Assembly (NCBI GenBank): GCA_045542075.1
Contig: JAZQKI010000048.1
Location: 41,036 to 105,035, forward strand
DNA: 64,000 bases
Direction of reading: 5' to 3'
Source of the DNA: Eubacteriales bacterium
GTDB taxonomy: Bacteria > Bacillota > Clostridia > Oscillospirales > CAG-272
Part shown: positions 58,863 to 64,000 of the stretch, piece after piece
How positions within the stretch are numbered: position 1 is the first letter of the stretch
How the letters are laid out: each line of letters starts with the position of its first letter
Position numbers and translations under genes: made by a program
The notes under the pieces: generated by a model
Told to the model about the DNA's origin: nothing
The model's input: only the letters and a program-made list of their open reading frames with translations
The model's database searches: none

Positions 58863-60380
58863 ATGAATTTCAAAATGATACGGTATATCACCGGTCAGCT
58901 GTTGCTCGCAGAGGGTATGCTCATGCTTCTCCCTCTGTCAGTATCGCTTATATACGGTGAGTTTCTAAACATCTGGGCTTTCGCAATACCAATAACAGCC
59001 CTGCTTATTCTCGGCGCGCTTATGGTAATAAAAAAGCCGGCAAACTCTACCCTTGGGGCAAAGGAAGGCTTTGTAACAGTAGGTCTTTCCTGGATAGTCC
59101 TGTCGCTTTTCGGTGCGCTCCCATTTGTCATTTCTGGTCTTATCCCCAATTACATCGACGCATTTTTTGAGACTGTATCGGGATTTACCACGACAGGAGC
59201 AAGCGTTCTTGGCGCAGACGCATTCTCGAAGCTCTGGACACCCGAACTAAGCTATGAGTCTGCTATGATGGGAATGAGAGGAGTCTTTTTCTGGCGCAGC
59301 TTCACGAACTGGATAGGCGGTATGGGAGTGCTTGTATTTGTGCTTGCGGTAATGCCACAGCAGGATATGAAGTCATCGCGCCTGGTTCACGTCATGCGAG
59401 CTGAAATGCCCGGCCCGAAGGTAGACAAAATAGTTCCCACTATCAAAAAAACGGCGGGAATCATGTACGGTATTTATATCGTACTGACTCTTGTATGCAC
59501 AGCGCTCCTTCTCTTTGGCGGAATGGACCTTTACGAGGCGCTTACCTCCTCCTTCTCCACCGCAGGCACGGGAGGCTTCGCTATCTGGTCTGACAGTATG
59601 GCATCGTTCGGCGGAACTGTTGCTCACCCAGAATACTGCGTTTGGGTAATGTCGGTATTTATGCTTCTTTTCAGCGTAAACTTCAATTTGTATTACCTAA
59701 TAATCACAGGAAAGATCCTTTCCGCAATATTCAGCGAGGAGCTTCGTTGGTTTGCGTGTATAGTTGCCGCAGCCACCGCTCTTATAGCATTTGATACGTT
59801 TGAGAGATTTGGAAATATCGGCGACACTCTGCGTCACGCGTTCTTCCAGGTATCCACCATAATATCCACTACGGGATTTGCCACGGACGACTTTAATCTA
59901 TGGGGCAATCTATCCGAGGTCGTTCTTCTGATAATTATGTTTATTGGCGCGTGCGCAGGCTCAACGGGTGGCGGTGTAAAGGTAAGCCGACTCGTAATAG
60001 CCATCAAGAGCACTATGGCAGAGGTGCGTCACATGATACATCCCCGCCGTGTCAAGGCTGTAAGATTTGAAGGCAAGACGGTTGATAAGGATACCCAAAG
60101 AGGTGTTTTCGCATTTATTATCGCATACACATTTATATTTTTCGGCTCGTTCCTTCTTATAGCAATGTTTGACGGAAGAAGTGTTGAAACCACATTCTCC
60201 GCGGTTACCGCCTGTATAAACAATATTGGCCCCGGTTTTGGCGACGTAGGTCCCGCAAGCAGCTACGCTTCCCTGTCCTACGCGTCTAAAATAGTGCTTT
60301 CCCTTGACATGCTTTTCGGACGACTTGAGCTCTTCCCCATGCTTCTCCTTTTCTCTCCGTCCGTATGGTTTGAAAAGTAA
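58863..60380 (+). CDS. trkH: Trk potassium transporter membrane subunit
   Basis: FFETVSGFTTTGA, WIGGMG, TAGTGGF, AGSTGGGVK, NNIGPG, GRLELFP. Confidence 0.95.
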   Translation: MNFKMIRYITGQLLLAEGMLMLLPLSVSLIYGEFLNIWAFAIPITALLILGALMVIKKPANSTLGAKEGFVTVGLSWIVLSLFGALPFVISGLIPNYIDAFFETVSGFTTTGASVLGADAFSKLWTPELSYESAMMGMRGVFFWRSFTNWIGGMGVLVFVLAVMPQQDMKSSRLVHVMRAEMPGPKVDKIVPTIKKTAGIMYGIYIVLTLVCTALLLFGGMDLYEALTSSFSTAGTGGFAIWSDSMASFGGTVAHPEYCVWVMSVFMLLFSVNFNLYYLIITGKILSAIFSEELRWFACIVAAATALIAFDTFERFGNIGDTLRHAFFQVSTIISTTGFATDDFNLWGNLSEVVLLIIMFIGACAGSTGGGVKVSRLVIAIKSTMAEVRHMIHPRRVKAVRFEGKTVDKDTQRGVFAFIIAYTFIFFGSFLLIAMFDGRSVETTFSAVTACINNIGPGFGDVGPASSYASLSYASKIVLSLDMLFGRLELFPMLLLFSPSVWFEK

Positions 60381-60410
60381 GCATAAAATACAACAAAGAA
60401 AGATGATAAC

Positions 60411-61043
60411 ATGAAAAATACTGCAAAATTTATAGTCTTTGAGGGCATTGACGGTGCGGGCAAGTCCACGCAGATACAGCTTCTCGCAGCCAAGCTCGCA
60501 GAACGCGGAATAAAGACCCACGTTTCCGCCGAGCCGACAAAATATCCGTCGGGACTCGCTATACGTGAGGTGCTGTCGGGCAAGGTAAAGGTCACAGACG
60601 ATCAGCTTGCCGTTATGTTTGCAAACGACAGAGCCAATCACAACACAAACACACAAGACGGCATTGAATCACTGCTCAATGCGGGTATTTGTCCTATAAG
60701 CGACAGATATTATTACTCGTCTCTGGCTTATCAGGGAGTGCAGATAGGACTCCCCCGAGTTATGGAGCTTAATCTTGAAAATCCAAACATCCGCCGTCCC
60801 GACCTGTGCATCTTCCTCGACCTTGAACCCGAGCAGAGCCTTGAGCGAATAAACGCGCGTCACGTAAGCACGGAGATATTTGAGACGTACGAATATCTCG
60901 ACAAGACGCGAAAGACGTTTATAAGTGTCATTGATCTTCTCCGTGAAAGAGGGGAAAATATAGTATGCATCAACGCCGCCGGAAGCGTTGAGGAGATTTC
61001 CGAGGAGGTGCTGTCCGCGGCACTCAAGCTCTGGGAAGACTGA
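60411..61043 (+). CDS. tmk: Thymidylate kinase
   Basis: FEGIDGAGKSTQ, SDRYYYSSLAYQG, PDLCIFLD. Confidence 0.93.
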   Translation: MKNTAKFIVFEGIDGAGKSTQIQLLAAKLAERGIKTHVSAEPTKYPSGLAIREVLSGKVKVTDDQLAVMFANDRANHNTNTQDGIESLLNAGICPISDRYYYSSLAYQGVQIGLPRVMELNLENPNIRRPDLCIFLDLEPEQSLERINARHVSTEIFETYEYLDKTRKTFISVIDLLRERGENIVCINAAGSVEEISEEVLSAALKLWED

Positions 61044-61083
61044 TATTAAATCATTTTTGTAAAAATAACAAAGGAGGTATATT

Positions 61084-62304
61084 GTGAGGCATATATTAAA
61101 GTTCGCCGCTCTCATGCTGGCACTTTGCGTTCTCGTTCCCTGCTTTTGTGTCGCAATATCCTCCGTGGATTACGTTCACGCGGGCACAAACGGTGACACT
61201 CCCGCATCGGAATCGTATAAAAAAAGCAAATACTACACGTATCTCAGCGACACAAAGCTTACAGGAGATGGTCCCACCGACGTTATAGCAATCGCACTTT
61301 CTCAGCTTGGATATAGAGAAGGCAGCTCTCTTGACGAGCTTGGCGGACTCTCCTCGGGAAGCGGCAACTTTTCGGAATACAACTGGAATTTCGGAGACTT
61401 CAGCACGGGATATAGCTACCATTGGTGCGCCGCGTTTGTTTCTTTTTGTCTGTTGCAGGCAGGCTGCCACGACCTGAACACCCTAAAGGATTGGTGCAGA
61501 GATCATCCCGGTGACAGTCAATATATATGGCGAGAGCTTGGATGTGAAAAGTGGCGCGTCGCATTAAAATCCGCAGGATTTTTCAAAACCTCCGTGGCTC
61601 ATCAAAGCACAAATTCCCAAAAGCTTTCGGAAACCTACGATCCCGAATACACCCCCTCGGCGGGCGACTTGATCTTCTTTACGGACAACCCATATAAAAC
61701 CGCATCTCACATTGGAATAGTTCTTTATATTGAAAACGATACGGTATATACAGTTGAAGGTAACACCCGTGCGCAGGACGGACTTGATGTGGACGGTGAC
61801 GGAGTTTACATAAAGTCGTATAGCCTTTTCGATACTAAAATTACAGGCTATGCAGATATGCCATATAAGACTAATAATTCCGTCCAAAAGATTGACTACT
61901 CGGGCAAGACTTATACGACAGGAACGTATATGTCAAGAGCTGACATTCCCCTCTATGAAAGCAAGGACGCTGCATCCGCAAATGACGCAAGCATGGCTAA
62001 GGCAATTTTGCCTATGTATTCAATGCTCTGCGCAAGTGATGTGTATGACGACGGGATATTCTACGTCGAGTGCGTGATAGGCGAGGAGAAGATCACGGGT
62101 TATATTATGGGCGCGGGACAGACTATTCAGACCGCCGTAACTACCTCGGAGCTGCATATCCCCGAGGACAGCGGAGAGATTCCCACCCTACCGCAAGCAT
62201 CAACATCAAGCGGTTGTAATTCGCTTTTGTATATCAACGCGGCTATGACTGTGATTTGCCTGCTCGCTTCGGGAGCGGTTATATTCAAAAAGAAAAAAAC
62301 ATGA
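61084..62304 (+). CDS. Surface-anchored CHAP-domain protein (peptidoglycan hydrolase-like)
   Basis: Signal peptide; YHWCAAFVSFC catalytic Cys, AGDLIFF, SHIGIV, TVEGNT; C-terminal TM plus basic tail. Confidence 0.85.
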   Translation: MRHILKFAALMLALCVLVPCFCVAISSVDYVHAGTNGDTPASESYKKSKYYTYLSDTKLTGDGPTDVIAIALSQLGYREGSSLDELGGLSSGSGNFSEYNWNFGDFSTGYSYHWCAAFVSFCLLQAGCHDLNTLKDWCRDHPGDSQYIWRELGCEKWRVALKSAGFFKTSVAHQSTNSQKLSETYDPEYTPSAGDLIFFTDNPYKTASHIGIVLYIENDTVYTVEGNTRAQDGLDVDGDGVYIKSYSLFDTKITGYADMPYKTNNSVQKIDYSGKTYTTGTYMSRADIPLYESKDAASANDASMAKAILPMYSMLCASDVYDDGIFYVECVIGEEKITGYIMGAGQTIQTAVTTSELHIPEDSGEIPTLPQASTSSGCNSLLYINAAMTVICLLASGAVIFKKKKT

Positions 62305-62306
62305 TA

Positions 62307-62334
62307 AAAAACAGGCGGTAAAACCGCCTGTTTT
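62307..62334. terminator. Bidirectional terminator
   Basis: aaaaacaggcgg-taaaa-ccgcctgtttt. Confidence 0.85.
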
Positions 62335-62338
62335 CAGT

Positions 62339-63304
62339 TTAGTTATAAAATTCGGGTTTAAGACTTCTCTCAAACAGGTCGTGCATAGCGTCCTTGGGCT
62401 GAACTCCGTCATAAAGCACGGTGTAGACCGCGTGGCATATAGGCATATCAACACCATATCTGTCTGCAAGCTTCATTATAGCCTTTGCGGTATAATATCC
62501 CTCCGCGAGCTTGTCGTATTTTTCACCCTTTACAAGCATCTCGCCGTACATTCTGTTGTGGCTGTGCTTTGAGAATACCGTTGCTTCATAGTCACCAAGG
62601 TGACAAAGTCCGTAGGCTGAAAGCTCATTTCCGCCCATTTTCGCGATAAGCCTTGACACCTCTCGCGCACCTCTTGACATCAATGCGCCCTTGAGAGACG
62701 AGAGCCCAAGCCCGTCAAGCATTCCCGCGGCAATTCCTATGACGTTCTTCGCCGCCGCTCCTATCTCGTTTCCGATAAGGTCGTCGCCGTAATAAAAACG
62801 TATAAGATCGCTTGAGAAATTCTCAACGAGATATTTCTTGATCTCCTTGTTGTCACTGTCTATAACCATACAGTTGGGCACGCCCGCATAAAACTCCTGA
62901 ACGTGACCCGGGCCTATCCACACCGCAACCGCGCATGAGGGGTCAACTCCGTCCGTCACCACCTCGGAAAGTCTTCTTCCCGTTTCAATATCAATTCCCT
63001 TCATGCAAAGCACGAATATCTTATTCTTCAATTCAAGCGGTCTTATTTCCTCAATAAGCCCCGCAAGTCCCTGCGAGTTTATAGAGATTACTATAACGTC
63101 CGCTCCGCAAAGGCAGGATATGTTTGTGGAGATCGTGACAGTCTCGGGAAGCTCAAGCAGGTCGTTTCTGCGCTCACGCTGAAATCTTTGTATGTCGGGT
63201 GCTGTTGCGGGTCCGTAGAGAGTAACGTCAAATCCGCGTTTAGCTGAAAGATACCATGTGATAAGCGAGCCCCATCTGCCCGCACCGATAACACTTATTT
63301 TCAA
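62339..63304 (-). CDS. gpsA: NAD(P)H-dependent glycerol-3-phosphate dehydrogenase
   Basis: IGAGRWG, GPGHVQE, GAAAKNVIGIAAG, GLCHLGDYEAT; TTG start at 63304 with GGAGG RBS. Confidence 0.88.
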   Translation of the reverse strand: MKISVIGAGRWGSLITWYLSAKRGFDVTLYGPATAPDIQRFQRERRNDLLELPETVTISTNISCLCGADVIVISINSQGLAGLIEEIRPLELKNKIFVLCMKGIDIETGRRLSEVVTDGVDPSCAVAVWIGPGHVQEFYAGVPNCMVIDSDNKEIKKYLVENFSSDLIRFYYGDDLIGNEIGAAAKNVIGIAAGMLDGLGLSSLKGALMSRGAREVSRLIAKMGGNELSAYGLCHLGDYEATVFSKHSHNRMYGEMLVKGEKYDKLAEGYYTAKAIMKLADRYGVDMPICHAVYTVLYDGVQPKDAMHDLFERSLKPEFYN

Positions 63305-63433
63305 ATTAACCTCCCGTGCAAAAAGCACTTGCAAAAAGTCATATTTTGGTGTACAATATATCTGTACATCTGATAATACTATATTTATTATACATTATTT
63401 TGAAGAAAAAGTCAATAGAAAGGACTTATCTTA

Positions 63434-64000
63434 ATGATAGCCATAAGTGTCAACAATCTCTGCCTTTCGTTTGGAGACAGAGTTATTCTCGACAAGGTGT
63501 CGTTTTCCCTTGAGGAAAATGACAAGCTCGGAATAATCGGTGTCAACGGAAGCGGAAAGACCTCGCTTTTCAAGCTCATAACGGGCGAATATACGCCAAA
63601 CGACGGCGAAGTATATATATCCAAGGGCAAAACCGTGGGGGTATTGTCTCAGTACGGCGCGTTTTCCGACGAGGACGGTATCTATAGTGATAACGACAGC
63701 GCACTTGAGCATATGTATCTTGCCTTCCCCGTATTACTCGACGAGGAAAAGCGACTCTCGGAGCTTGAGGTATTGCTTGAGAACACCGAGGACGAAAATC
63801 ACAGCGCTTATACCTCTCAATACACGGCTCTGCACGAGAAATTCATACGCGACGGCGGGCTTGAGTTCCGCGGTCGCTGTGCGTCAACCTTGTCAAGGCT
63901 CGGCTTTTCTGAGAGCGATATGAATCGCGCAGTCAAGCTCTTGTCAGGCGGTCAGCGTACACGTCTCGCGCTCGCTATCCAGCTTTGCCGTGAGCCCGAT
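63434..64000 (+). CDS. ABC-F family ATP-binding protein, N-terminal part (runs off window end; absent from ORF track)
   Basis: Manual translation MIAISVNNLCLSFGDRVILDKVSF...GVNGSGKTSLFKLI...LSGGQRTRLALA. Confidence 0.9.
   Translation, partial: MIAISVNNLCLSFGDRVILDKVSFSLEENDKLGIIGVNGSGKTSLFKLITGEYTPNDGEVYISKGKTVGVLSQYGAFSDEDGIYSDNDSALEHMYLAFPVLLDEEKRLSELEVLLENTEDENHSAYTSQYTALHEKFIRDGGLEFRGRCASTLSRLGFSESDMNRAVKLLSGGQRTRLALAIQLCREPD

Overview
A 64-kb chromosomal window from an endospore-forming Clostridia-class Firmicute. The taxonomy is inferred from spo0A, spoVT, ytfJ, scpAB, the L20 leader and sigmaA-type promoters. Most of it is housekeeping: smc (partial), a radical SAM gene, rnc, trmFO, topA, dprA, trmH-like, rplT-rpmI-infC, lon-engB-lysA-M50-scpAB, dac-rluB, spo0A, asd, an M32 carboxypeptidase, recA-recX, asnS, mini-III, cyclophilin, ACT/PFL-like, a fucose-type sugar locus (fucU, AraC, ABC transporter, fucI, GH78), trkAH, tmk, CHAP, gpsA and a partial ABC-F gene. 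No tRNA, rRNA, CRISPR array or prophage was recognised. The most unusual part is around spo0A (22.2-25.2 kb). Upstream, a self-contained AT-rich lipoprotein cassette is flanked by a perfect 40-bp direct repeat. Downstream, the last 17 codons of spo0A occur three times in an attL/attP/attR-like pattern around two ~200-bp hairpin units, and the displaced tail differs only by synonymous changes. Next comes a RAYT-type HUH transposase whose own reading frame contains a perfect 29-bp inverted GTAG-REP pair. Other notable items are two dispersed families of structured intergenic repeats, a MITE-like element inserted at a GTAG REP, and a 1510-aa modular Cys/His-repeat surface lipoprotein. Everything was read by eye and no database searches were run.
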